A DNA stretch of 64,000 nt from an uncultured Acidobacteriota bacterium (GTDB lineage Bacteria; Acidobacteriota; Thermoanaerobaculia; Multivoradales; UBA5704): positions 503,098 through 567,097 of the forward strand of contig CAVWNC010000004.1 of the NCBI GenBank assembly GCA_963756455.1, given 5' to 3'. The notes under the pieces are model-generated. The model ran no database searches, was not told the origin of the DNA, and saw nothing but the letters and a program-made list of their open reading frames with translations. Shown piece by piece: positions 46,743 through 57,200 of the stretch; positions within the stretch are counted from its first letter, which is position 1; every line of letters starts with the position of its first letter. Made by a program: the position numbers and the translations under genes.

Positions 46743-49205
46743 TCGGGGACACTCCGCAGGTCCCAGATCTCGTCCGCGTACTCGCGGATCGTCCGGTCGC
46801 TCGAAAACTTGCCGGTCCGCGAGACATTGAGGATCGCCTTTCGCCACCACTCTCCGGGCTCTCGGTACTGCCGCCCCGCGAGCTCCTGGGCCTCGCGGTA
46901 CGCGGCGAAGTCCGCCAGGTGGAAATAGGGATCACCGTGGTCGACGAGGTTCCGCCGGACCCAGTCGAAGCGGCCCGGGAAGCCCGGCGAGAACCGATCG
47001 CCGGAGAAGGCGTCCAGCACGCGGCGGAGGGCGGGATCGTTCGCATAGAGGTCGGCCGGCCGGTAGGCGCCGCTCGCCTTCAACGCCGCGATCTCATAGA
47101 CCTTGAGCCCGAAGATGAAGATGTTCTCCGCGCCCACCTCTTCGCGGATCTCGACGTTGGCGCCGTCCAGAGTGCCGATCGTCAGGGCGCCGTTCATGGC
47201 GAACTTCATGTTGCTGGTGCCCGAGGCCTCGGTGCCGGCGGTCGAGATCTGTTCGGAGAGGTCGCCCGCGGGGATGATGATCTCGGCGAGCGACACCCGG
47301 TAGTCGGGAACGAAGGCGACGCGCAGCCAGTCGCGGGCGCGGGGATCGTTGTTGACCACCTCGGCCAGGCTGTTGATGAGGAGGATGATCTGTTTCGCCA
47401 CCCAGTAGCCGGGCGCCGCCTTGCCGGCGAAGACGTAGGTCTTGGGCACCGGCGGGGTCTCCCGGTCCTCGACCAGGGCGAGATACTGATGGGCGATGTG
47501 CATGGCGTTCAGCAGCTGGCGTTTGTACTCGTGGATGCGCTTGACCTGGATGTCGAACAGCGAGGTCGGATCGACCTCGATGCGGGTCGAGTCGGCGATC
47601 AGCTCCGCCAGGCGCTCCTTGTTCTGGCGCTTGACGGCAGAAAAGGCGTCGTGGAACCCGACGTCGTCCGCCAGGGCTTCGAGCCCCCGCAGCCGTTCGA
47701 GATCCGCCGGCCAGCCGGTCCCCACGGCTTCGTCGAGGAGCCGCGCGAGCCCGGGGTTGGCGGTGAGCAGCCACCTTCTCGGGGTGACCCCGTTGGTCTT
47801 GTTGTTGAACTTCTCCGGCCAGAGCGCATAGAAATCGGGCACGAGATCGGTCTTCACGAGCTCCGAGTGCATGGCGGCGACGCCGTTGACCGCGTGGCTG
47901 CCGACGATCGCCAGATGCGCCATCCGCGCCTGCTTGGGCTCGCTCTCCTCGATGATCGACATCCGGCGCAGGCGATCGACGTCGCCCGGCCAGCGTTCGG
48001 CGACCCCGGCGAGGAAGCGGTGGTTGACCTCATAGAGGAGCTGGAGGTGGCGCGGCAGGACGTGCTCCAGGAGCGGCACGGACCAGCGCTCCAGCGCCTC
48101 CGGCATGAGCGTGTGGTTGGTGTAGCCACAGGTGGCGCAGACGACCTTCCAGGCCTCCTCCCACGGCAGGTCCCTTCTCGTCGAGCAGCAGCCGCAGGAG
48201 CTCGAGCACCGCGAGGGTCGGGTGGGTGTCGTTGAGCTGGATCGCGACGTGCTCGGCGAAATCCTTGAAATCGGCATTCGGACGCCGCTCGAAACGGCGC
48301 ACCATGTCGCGTACCGCGCAGGCAACGAGGAAGTACTCCTGCAAGAGACGCAGCTCGCGCCCGGCGGCCACGGCGTCCGAGGGGTAGAGCACCTTCGAGA
48401 TGGTTTCCGATTCCATCTTCTGCTCGACGGCGCGCAGGTAGTCGCCACCGTTGAAGATCTCCATGTCGAATTCCTGCGAGGAGCGGGCGGCGAACAGGCG
48501 GAGCCAGTTGACCGTCCGGCCGCCGTAGCCGACGATGGGGAAGTCGTAGGGCACGCCGACCAGGGCCTTCCAGCCGAGCCAGAGCGGCACGTAGTTTCCC
48601 GCCGCGTCCTCCGCATGCTCGATGTGGCCGTAGGCGGGGACGTGGCAGGCCTCGTCCGGGCGCTCGATCTCCCAGGGGCTGCCGTAGGCGAGCCAGTTGT
48701 CGGGCTGCTCGCGCTGGCTGCCGTTGTCGATCTCCTGCCGAAAGAGGCCGTACTCGTAGTGGATGCCGTAGCCGAAGCCCGGCAGGTCGAGGCTGGCCAG
48801 AGAGTCGAGAAAGCAGGCGGCCAGCCGGCCGAGGCCGCCGTTGCCGAGAGCCGCGTCGTGCTCGGTCTTAAGCACCGTCTCCAGGTCGCCACCGACCCCG
48901 ATCAGAGCCTGGCGCGCCGCGTTCAAGGCGCCCAGGTTCTGCAGGTTGTTTTCGAGCGAGCGGCCGGCGAGGAACTCCATCGAGAGGTAGTACAGCCGCT
49001 TGGCGTCGGCCTTCAGGTAGCGCTCCTCGGTGTCTAAAAGATGCCCGACGGCCTCTTCGCGGACGGCCAGGGCGGTGGCGTTGAACAGCTGGGGCGGCGT
49101 GAGAGCGCCCTTGGGCAGGCCGAGACTGACGCGGGCGTGATGCTCGATCGACGCCGTCCAGGTTCCATTGGTGGAACCGGCCGGCCGCACTGCGGTCGTT
49201 GCCAT
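46739..49205 (-). pseudogene. glgP: glycogen/maltodextrin phosphorylase gene with a +1 frameshift in a G-run near 48168-48173
   Basis: The N-half is in ORF 48030..49379 (EFLAGRSLENNL, LGNGGLGRLAACFLDS) and the C-half in ORF 46739..48892 (CATCGYTNHTLMPEALERW, and the PLP-site TAGTEASGTSNMKF). The frames join as LLLDEK|DLPWEEAW if one G is removed from aaggga. RBS GGAGG precedes ATG 49205. Confidence 0.65.
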
Positions 49206-49589
49206 GTTCGCCTCCGTGATCGGAAGGGACGACCGACGCGTCGGAGGCCCTTGATGTGTGTGAGTGGCTGAAAAGCAGTGTGCGCTCAACTGCGAGTTTC
49301 TGTCAAGTGCTGGGGAAGGGGCGATATGGGCAAATCGCCGCATCCGAGGTGAGGGGTAGAGACGCCCAGCCGCTACCACGGCTTTTCCGCGACCACGAAC
49401 ACCAGGGCGTCTCTGGCCTGCGGAGACGCCCTGGCGTCAGGGTTCCGGGGATTTTTGAGGTAACGGCTGGACGTCTCTACGAAGACCCTGTCGGGCCGCG
49501 GAGAGCTAGCCCCGAGGCTGTCAAGACAGAAAAAGCACCCGCTGTCGCCCGAAGGCGTCATTCCTAGATCCAGGGGCGGCATTTCAGGT

Positions 49590-49840
49590 CGCAAAAAGAG
49601 GGGACAGGGTGCAGAAAACCGGATTTCATGGCGCAGAAACCTCTTTTCAGCCTCGAAAAACCGGTTTTTGCCTCCAGAAAAGAGGCAATCGCGAGCCAAA
49701 AAGAAGATTCCGCGCCCCAACAGCTTCTTTTCTTGCGGAGAAAAGAAGGTTCTGCGGCCAGAAAAGATGTTTTCCGCTAAAGAAAGCCTCTTTTTGCGGC
49801 GAGAAAAGAGGGTTCCGGGGCGCAAAAAGGAGAATTTGGA
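49590..49840. repeat. phased A-tract array: about 11 units of a GCnGAAAAG core recurring every 21-22 bp, in low-GC non-coding DNA
   Basis: gcaaaaagag, gcagaaaacc, gcagaaacct, cgaaaaacc, cagaaaagag, ccaaaaagaag, gagaaaagaag, cagaaaagat, gagaaaagag and gcaaaaagg. Overlapping track ORFs (the GEKRGF heptads) are translation artefacts of the repeat. Confidence 0.6.
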
Positions 49841-49919
49841 GCGCAACCGGAAGCGTCCGGCGACCGCCGAGTCGAGCCCGCCCCGGCTCGCTGCCCGTCT
49901 CCTTCCGGTTCCCTCGGCG

Positions 49920-50888
49920 TCAGTCTCGGGTGGAGTACCAGTCCAGCACGCGCAGGGCGCGGAGGGTGTTCCACCGGCTCGGCCGGCCCTCGCCCTCGTC
50001 CGTCTCGATCGGCATCCTGCCGGGATACCGGCCGTCGAGCGGCCATCGGCCGTCGTCGCCGCGCCTCGCCGCGACCAGCTCGATCGCCTCGGCGACCCGC
50101 TCGTCGGGCGCGACGCCGGCCCGGCGCAGGTATTCGAGCCCCCGCAGCACGTCGTAGTGCCACCACGTCGGGAAGGCGAAGCGCGTCCACGCGGCATCGA
50201 CGACCTCGCCGGTCGACCGGCGCCTGAAGAGGCGGCGTGCGAGGAGATACTCCTGTCCGCGGAGCCGGGCCGAGCTGACCGCCGGGCCGCCCCCGCCCGC
50301 CTGTTCGTATTCGAGCAGGGCTTCGAGCCCGCAGATCGTGGTGTGGAACGACGACCGCGTCGAGCGGTGGGGGGCCTCGCAGTTCCAGCCCCCATCCGCC
50401 AGCTGCTCCCCGAGCAGCCGATCGACGATGCCCTGGACGTCCTGGCCGAAGTACGCGCCCGGCGCCGCCACCTGCCCGTTGATGCAGGGCTCGACCTCGC
50501 CGGCGAAGAAGGGGTTGTCGTGCACCTCCCGCGGACCGCATCCGCGCCACGTCACGCGGTCGCGGACGAGCCCCACCGCGCGCCGTGCCTCCTCGCTCGC
50601 GGGATCGAGCCCCATCGCCCAGAGGAGCGACAGGACATGCATCGTCGAGTCCCACCCGCGGTTCCACGCCGTGCCGCCCCACCGTCCGTCGGGAGCCTGG
50701 AGGGCGAGGAGCCGCGCCCCCGCGCCCTCGGTCGCGACCTTCGCCCGCTCGATAGCGACCTCATCCGCGGAAGCATCGGTCAGGTCGCGGAGGACTTGCC
50801 AGCGGATCGAAGGGTCGGAATCGAGCAGCCAGTGGAGGACTGAGCTCTCCGATTTATGGGGATGCTGTTGGGGTGGGTGGTGGGGCAT
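49920..50888 (-). CDS. protein with prenyltransferase/squalene-oxidase-type (alpha/alpha toroid) repeats
   Basis: Three Q/x-x-D-G-(G/R)-W repeats: LQAPDGRWGG, EQLADGGWNC and RRGDDGRWPL. 322 aa. Confidence 0.5.
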   Translation of the reverse strand: MPHHPPQQHPHKSESSVLHWLLDSDPSIRWQVLRDLTDASADEVAIERAKVATEGAGARLLALQAPDGRWGGTAWNRGWDSTMHVLSLLWAMGLDPASEEARRAVGLVRDRVTWRGCGPREVHDNPFFAGEVEPCINGQVAAPGAYFGQDVQGIVDRLLGEQLADGGWNCEAPHRSTRSSFHTTICGLEALLEYEQAGGGGPAVSSARLRGQEYLLARRLFRRRSTGEVVDAAWTRFAFPTWWHYDVLRGLEYLRRAGVAPDERVAEAIELVAARRGDDGRWPLDGRYPGRMPIETDEGEGRPSRWNTLRALRVLDWYSTRD

Positions 50889-50987
50889 CTGCGGTTTCTC
50901 TCCTGCTGGTCCAAAGAGGCTTGGCCTTTTGCTGTCACGGCCAGCGAGCGTACCAGGCTTCGCCAGGAGGCTGGCAGCTCGGACCGG

Positions 50988-51299
50988 TTAGCCCTGGGAG
51001 TCGGAGCCGGTGGAGACCTCCGGTTCATCGTCAGTCGCCGTCTTTGACTTGCCCTCGCTGTCGACCGTCCCCAAGGCGTAGACGCAGATCTCCTCGAAAG
51101 AGACCCGGTTCTCCTCAGCAATGTCCATCAGCTTCTGGAAGCTTTCCATCACCTCCGGGGGCATGGTGCCGCTGCGCATCTCCCGCAGCCAGGCGGCCTG
51201 GAACTTGAGCGGGTGGCGCCCCGAAAGGGGTTTGCCGACATAGATGTGGAACGGGGCCTTGGTGCCATTGAAGTCACAGGGAATCGTGAATCGCTTCAT
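50988..51299 (-). CDS. small conserved hypothetical protein (103 aa) translationally coupled to the STAND gene
   Basis: MKRFTIPCDFNGTKAPFHIYVGKPLSGRHPLKFQAAWLREMRSGTMPPEVMESFQKLMDIAEENRVSFEEICVYAL. I recall this N-terminal pattern from a DUF-type small-protein family (possibly DUF2610), but cannot verify it. Its ATG overlaps the STAND TGA (ATGA). Confidence 0.5.
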   Translation of the reverse strand: MKRFTIPCDFNGTKAPFHIYVGKPLSGRHPLKFQAAWLREMRSGTMPPEVMESFQKLMDIAEENRVSFEEICVYALGTVDSEGKSKTATDDEPEVSTGSDSQG

Positions 51300-54200
51300 C
51301 CCTCCTGCCTCTCTTCTCCCGGGCGCGGGCGTTGCCGGCCGAGGTCGATGGTGCCGTTGAGCTCCAGGAGCAGCTCGTGGAAGGTCTGATCCAGGCGCCC
51401 CACGTGCCGGATGGTCTCCTTCCGCTTCCCAGAGGAGTCATTGCTCTCGAGGAGATAGACATCCCGCCGGCAGTGCGGGTGATCCACGGCGCGCGTCAGG
51501 GCGGAGAGGATCGCGTCGCGCTCCTCCGGCGGGCGGTAGAGGTTGCGCGCCAGGGCGGCGAGCGCCCGTCCGGTCGCATAGGCGGCGACGCCCGGCGCGG
51601 CGACGAGGTCGTCGAAGAGCTCCTCCAGAAAGGCACGATCCACGTCGCGGTAGCGGCCGATCGACCCGATCGCCGTCCTCTGGACATGGCCGACGTCCGC
51701 CAGGCCCGATCGCACCGCCACCTTGGCTTCGGCATCGAAGCGGCGCAGGTAGCTGAGCAGGATCAGGGCGGCCTGCCGGCCGGTATAGCTACCCTGGAAC
51801 CGCGCCGCATCCCGGAGGAGAGGCGCGAGGTCGGGGAGAGTCTGCGCCTCCGCGAGGAAGGAGATCGGCAGCTTCTCGGCGGCGACGGCGAGAACGGCGA
51901 GAAGTTCGCTCTTGGGGTCGGTGAACCAGGAACGATCATCCGGCATCTCATGGCGGAGCTCGTCGGCCAGCCAGCTCATCAGGACTGCCAGGAGGTGCGG
52001 ACTCTGCTCCACCCGCTGGGCGGCGGCCCGGATCCTTTCGTGATAAGGCTCACCAGCCCAGACCAGACCTCCCAGCTTCTTGAGTGTCTGGCGCAATTCC
52101 TCGCTATCCGCGTCGAGCAGCCGGGAGAGCGGCTGGCGCTTGGCCGCGAAGATCTGCCTGGCCGCGGCGGCCATCGGACCCATCGGCAAATTCCGGTGGG
52201 TCCGCCAGGCGAGGTCTGCCGCCTCGACCAGGGCGGCCGGATGATCCAGGAGATACGTGTCCTGGGTTAAAGCAGCGCGGGATATCCCCCGGACGGAGGG
52301 CGCGATCTCGGCCCAGCGCTCGGGCGTGATCCAGTCTCGATCGAGCAGTCTGCAGACGCTCCGGAGCAGCGCCCGTTGCGCCTTGGGAGAGGGTTTCGCG
52401 ATTTCCTTGACGAACCTTCGCCAGGCGCTTCCTGTAATCTTTTGAATGTCCCCCAGGATCAGGCGGGCCTCCTCCCCTTCTGGAGTCTCCTCGGCCGCCT
52501 CCTCCACCCAGGTGGAGAGGCAGCGTTCATCATTGTGCCGGGTGCGCTCGAACGCCCAACCGATCGCCTGGGCAACCTGCGCCTGATCCCGGCAGTCGAG
52601 GAGGGCCCGGGCCAGGCGATGGAGCGTTCGCGATCCCAGAGAGGAGACGTTGAAAATACGATGCAGGTCCGAGAAGTCGCCATACAGGGCCAGGGCCGCG
52701 CGGTAGCGGGTGCGATCGTCGGGATGGGAGAGGAGCTCGATCAAGGCCGGCAGGGTCAGCTCCGAGAGATCCTCGACCTCGGCGAGCAGGAGATCGCGGT
52801 AGCGGCGGACCTCCGGGTCGCCGCCGGCCGGCCAGCGCCGCACGATGGGCAGCACGGAGGCGTCGGGATTCTGGACCCACGGCAGGATCTCGCGCACGAG
52901 GCTGTCCTCTCCGCCTTCGAGGAGCCTGCCGAGCGTCACGGCGGCCTCGCGGGTGAGTCGAAGCCCAGAGACACGGGAGCGCTGGCGAAGGGCGTCGAGC
53001 GCCTCTTGCCGGCGAGGTGTGTCGAGGACTTGCCACAGGCCGGCTGCGTCCCAAGGCAGGAGGAAACGCTGTTGAAGATCATGGATCGTCGCTCCCAGGA
53101 GGAGTGCGGACAGGCCGCTGTCGCGCTCCGCGAGGGGCGCGGCATAGAGCTCAAGAAGCGGGGCCGCGGCGCGCTCCGCCTGGGCACGCCACCGCGGATC
53201 GCGGAGGCCGGCGACGAGCCGCTCGAAGCGGTCGCGGAGACTCCCGCCACCGGGCAGGGCGGACCGCAGGCTGAAGAGCGCTGCGGCCCGGCGTTCTTCG
53301 TCGAGCGCCGCGACGTCGTCGAGCGCCAGGGCGAGCAGAGCGTTGCTCTCTTCCAGGGGGAAGGCCGCCGCGAGCCGAGCCAGGGTTCGCGCGCGCTGTT
53401 CATGCCGGCGGGCCGGGATGCTCAGTGCCGCCTGCCGGGCGCGCCGCATCCACTCCTCCGGCTGGTGGCCGAGTGCGGCCAAGCGCTCGCAGGCCCAGGC
53501 CCGGAGCAACGGATCGGTGATCGCCTGGGCGGCACGGGGCGCGGCGGCGGCCAAGACCGCGCTGCGCTCCGTCACCGCCGCCCGGAGTCTCCCCCAGAGG
53601 CTACCTTGCGGCCGGTTGCCCTTGAGGACCGCAGGGTCGGGCGTCGCGAGGAGCTCGCCGCGCAGGTCCGAAAAGTGGCGGAGGAGCTGCCAATAGCCGC
53701 GAAAACGCAAGTATGGATCGGTGATCCCCTCGATCTCCGCCAGGAGCTGGGCGATGGGATCGACTGCGAGCAGGAGCTCCGCGTCCGGATCTCCCTGCTC
53801 GAGGAGGGCCTGGATCGTCTCGGTCCGGGTGGCGAAGCGGTCGGAGAGGCTACCCAAAGCAAGGATCAGCGCCTCAGGGAGGAGCCCGTGCTCCGGGAAG
53901 AGGGGCGCGAGGACGGTCAAGGCCCAGCCGCGGACGAAATCGAACGGTTCGTCGAGCGCGGCGAGGGCGTCCAGGGCGGCGACGAGGACATCGCGCGGAC
54001 CTTCCGGCAGGGGAGCCAGGCGGTCCAGAGCCCAGCCGCGATGTCCCTCCCAGAGTCCGTTGGCACTCTCGTGGGCGACGGCGAAGGTCTCGGCGAGGAG
54101 CATCGGCGAAGCGGCGAGTTGGCCGGCTGCGGTGTCGAGAACGACCGCCAGGCTGTAGACCGGATCTTCGGCGGAGCCCGCGAACGCGTTCTGCCAGGCT

Positions 54201-57200
54201 TCGGCGAGGAGGGGCGCCCGCGAGCCGGCGAGCTCCATCACGTTGACCGGGCCGCTGCCGAAGGCCTGCGCCACCCGGAGAGTCGCCCGCACGAGCTCGG
54301 TCCAGGCGTCGCCGGGATCCTCCTCGGCGGCGGCCTTGAAGGTCGCCAGGGCGGGCACGACCGCCGCGCTGACCGCGATTTCGAGGGTCTGGGCCACCCG
54401 AGAGAGCAGCGCGAGCACGGAGGTGGAGAGCGGTTCCCCGGAGGGGTCGACGGCCGGCGGGGCTCCGAGGGCCACGAGAGCCAGGAACACCTCGCCGCGC
54501 TTCTGGAGCGAGAGCGGTTCGCGCCAGCGATCTTCGAGCCAGGGGATCAGCGACGTGGACGGCCGGCGCGCCAGGAGGCAGCCGATCACCTCCTCAGTCA
54601 GCCAGGGGACGTCCCGGTGCATCCTCTCGATGCGGAACGAGCTCCCACTCTTCCGGAGCTCCCCGAGGGCCGCTTCGATCACTCCGCGCTCCGTGCTCAA
54701 CCGCTCCTGAGTCTCCGCAGCCCGCGGATCCCCGGACCGTTCACCCCACCGGATCTGCTCATGGTTCACCATCGCCAACTCCAGCTCCTTCGCGGCGAGG
54801 CGCTCGGGAAGGCCGCTGTCGAGACCACCGTAGAGGGCCATTCCGATCCGCACCCAGCCGGAGTCGGCGAGGAAGCGCTCGGCGAGCTCGGCGTTTCGAA
54901 GCAGCTCGCGGCCAAGGGCTCGGCGCCCGCCTAGCGGCACCTCGGGAGCTCGCGCCTTGAGGGCGCGCAGGGCGTCGTCGACCGGCCACCCCCAGGCCGC
55001 GCTGTCTCGGGGGAGGGCGGCCTCCAGGGCTTCGGCGAGGCGCAGGGAATCGCTCTTGGCAGCGCGTGCCAGCCGTGCCGCGGCCAGCCGGCGCGCCGTA
55101 GGCCCGGGCCCCTCGCTCGGAGCCGTCAGGCTCTCGCAGAGCACGCGCTCGGCGGTCTCCTCTACGGCGGTGTCGCCGCCCTCCCGGCGCTTCAGGAGCG
55201 CCGTATAAGCCCCCTCCACCTGCTGCCGGAGACGGGGGAAGCGTTCGAGCGCGCTGCGCTCAGACGCCGCGGCGAGCAGGCGCTCCGCCACCCGTTCGAC
55301 GGCCCGCGGGGGGATCTGTACCATCTCGGGGAGGGCGGCAACGATCAGCAGCGGAGCCCGGGGCATCAGGTTCCCCAGGGGGTCCGGGTGGTCGAGCATG
55401 GAGCTCAGGAGCGCCTCGAAAGCCGGCTCGTCCAGCTCACTGCTCAGGAGCCCCAGAGCCATCAAGATCGGCTCGCGCCAGCGCGGGGAGCTCAGGCGGT
55501 CGAGGATGGCGACGGTGGCGCTCGCGCGGTCATGCGCCAGATGGCAGGCCGCGAGGTACTCCTGGAAGGTGAGATGCAGGAAGCCGTAGACGCCCTGTCC
55601 GCGGGCGGCCAGGAGCCCCACCTCCTCGCTGAGGACGGTGCGGAAGGCGATGGCCTCTGCGGGCTCGAGATGCTGGCGGAGCACGGCCTCGAGTTTGGGC
55701 TCGTCGATGACCCCGATCCCGGAGGTCGCATGCACCTCGGCCGCCAGGGGCACGAGGATGGCCAGGAGCTCCTCGTCGGTGCGCAGGCGCTCGCCCTTCC
55801 CCTGCGCCCGGAGCCGCCATTTTTCGAGCAGGATGGAAACCGCCATGGCGTACAGGCGGACGCGCTGGCGGGGGAACCCACGCTGGCCGTGCTGGTAGAC
55901 CAGGGCAAGGATGGTCACGAGGAGCGGATTGCTCGCCAGCTCGCCCGCATCGCGGCGCCGGAGGTCGGCGATCGCCGTTTTGAGCCCTGCCGCTTCCCGT
56001 TCGGCTTCCCGCTCGGCCAGCGCATTCCAGGCCTCCCGCGGCAGCGCCGCCCGGCGGGCGGCGCGCACCCAGACGTCACAGAAGCGATCGACGGCCCTGG
56101 GCTCCATGGCTTCGATGGTCAGGTGGGTCGCCCGCTTGCTGAGCGGCGCCATCTGGTAACCGACGATGCGGCTGGTGACGACCAACTGCACTCCGCCGAC
56201 CTGGTAGGGCTGGGCGATCCCCCCGGGGAACTCTGCCGGACCGAGGCCCTTGGCGAGCTCGTCGTCGCCCGCCGGCAACCAGGCGTCGATGAAGCGGTCG
56301 ATCTCGTGCGCGATGTCATAGCGTTGGGCCGGATCGTCGATCTCGTCGAGCCCATCCAGGAGCACCACCGCCGTCCCCTCTTCGAGCTGGGCCAGGAGCA
56401 GGACGTGGAGGGCTTGCGGATCGAGCGGGCGGCCATCCCGCGTCGTCGCCGTCCGGCCGTACTGCGCGAGGTGATGGCCAAGGAAGGCGGCCAGGGTCAG
56501 CGTCGGCTCCTGCTCGCGGGCCTGGGCGAAGGTGGCGACCCGGATCAGGATGGGAACCCGTCTCGGCCCCAGGCTGATCCAGCCGCTCCCCTCGGTCGCC
56601 TCGGGGTCCACCTGATGGAGGGGCACCTCCACGGGGTCGCGCATCTGCAGACCCGCGGTCGCCAGCTGCAGCGTCAGCCACCGCGCCAGGGTCGTCTTGC
56701 CGCTCCCCGGGTCGCCGAGAATGACCATGCGACGATAGCTCCGGAAGGCCTCGCCCAGCGTGACGCTCTGGGAGCGGGGCGCACCCCCTTCCCGGAGGAG
56801 CTGCGGCCGGTCGCGCTCTTCGATGGACGCAGGCAGCGGCGCCATGGCCACGAGACTCGTCATGTAGGTGACCTTCCGGCGCAACTGCTCAGGGTCCAGG
56901 GCCTCGACCTCGGGGAGGTTCGCGAGAGTCCGCGCCTGTTCCTCTAACGCCTTGCGGCTCTGGGTCCGTTCGTAAGAACCGGCGAGATCGCCGCGCAGGG
57001 CTACGTAGACGGTATCGAGCGGGACCGCCGGCCGCCGGCCGATCTGCGGCAGCCCGGGGAGCTCGAGCTCCCCGTACTCTTCGACGAGCCAGCGCAGATA
57101 GCGCTCGAGGAGGTCGCTCTCCGTAGCCACTTCCCCCTTCTCGAAGAGCGCGCCCTCGCGGTTGCGCAGGAAAAGCACCGGGGTGCTCCACTCCGCGCTC

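Noticed and set aside
49373-50395. 340-aa reverse ORF and forward ORF 49609..50157 with GEKRGF-type heptads
   Set aside because: Translations of the phased A-tract array and of the antisense strand of the prenyltransferase-repeat gene.
52376-54934. 852-aa forward ORF, and others at 51332..52270(+), 55388..56947(+) and 57560..58279(+)
   Set aside because: Antisense to the STAND gene, whose frame carries clear Walker and CHAT motifs. Low-complexity composition.
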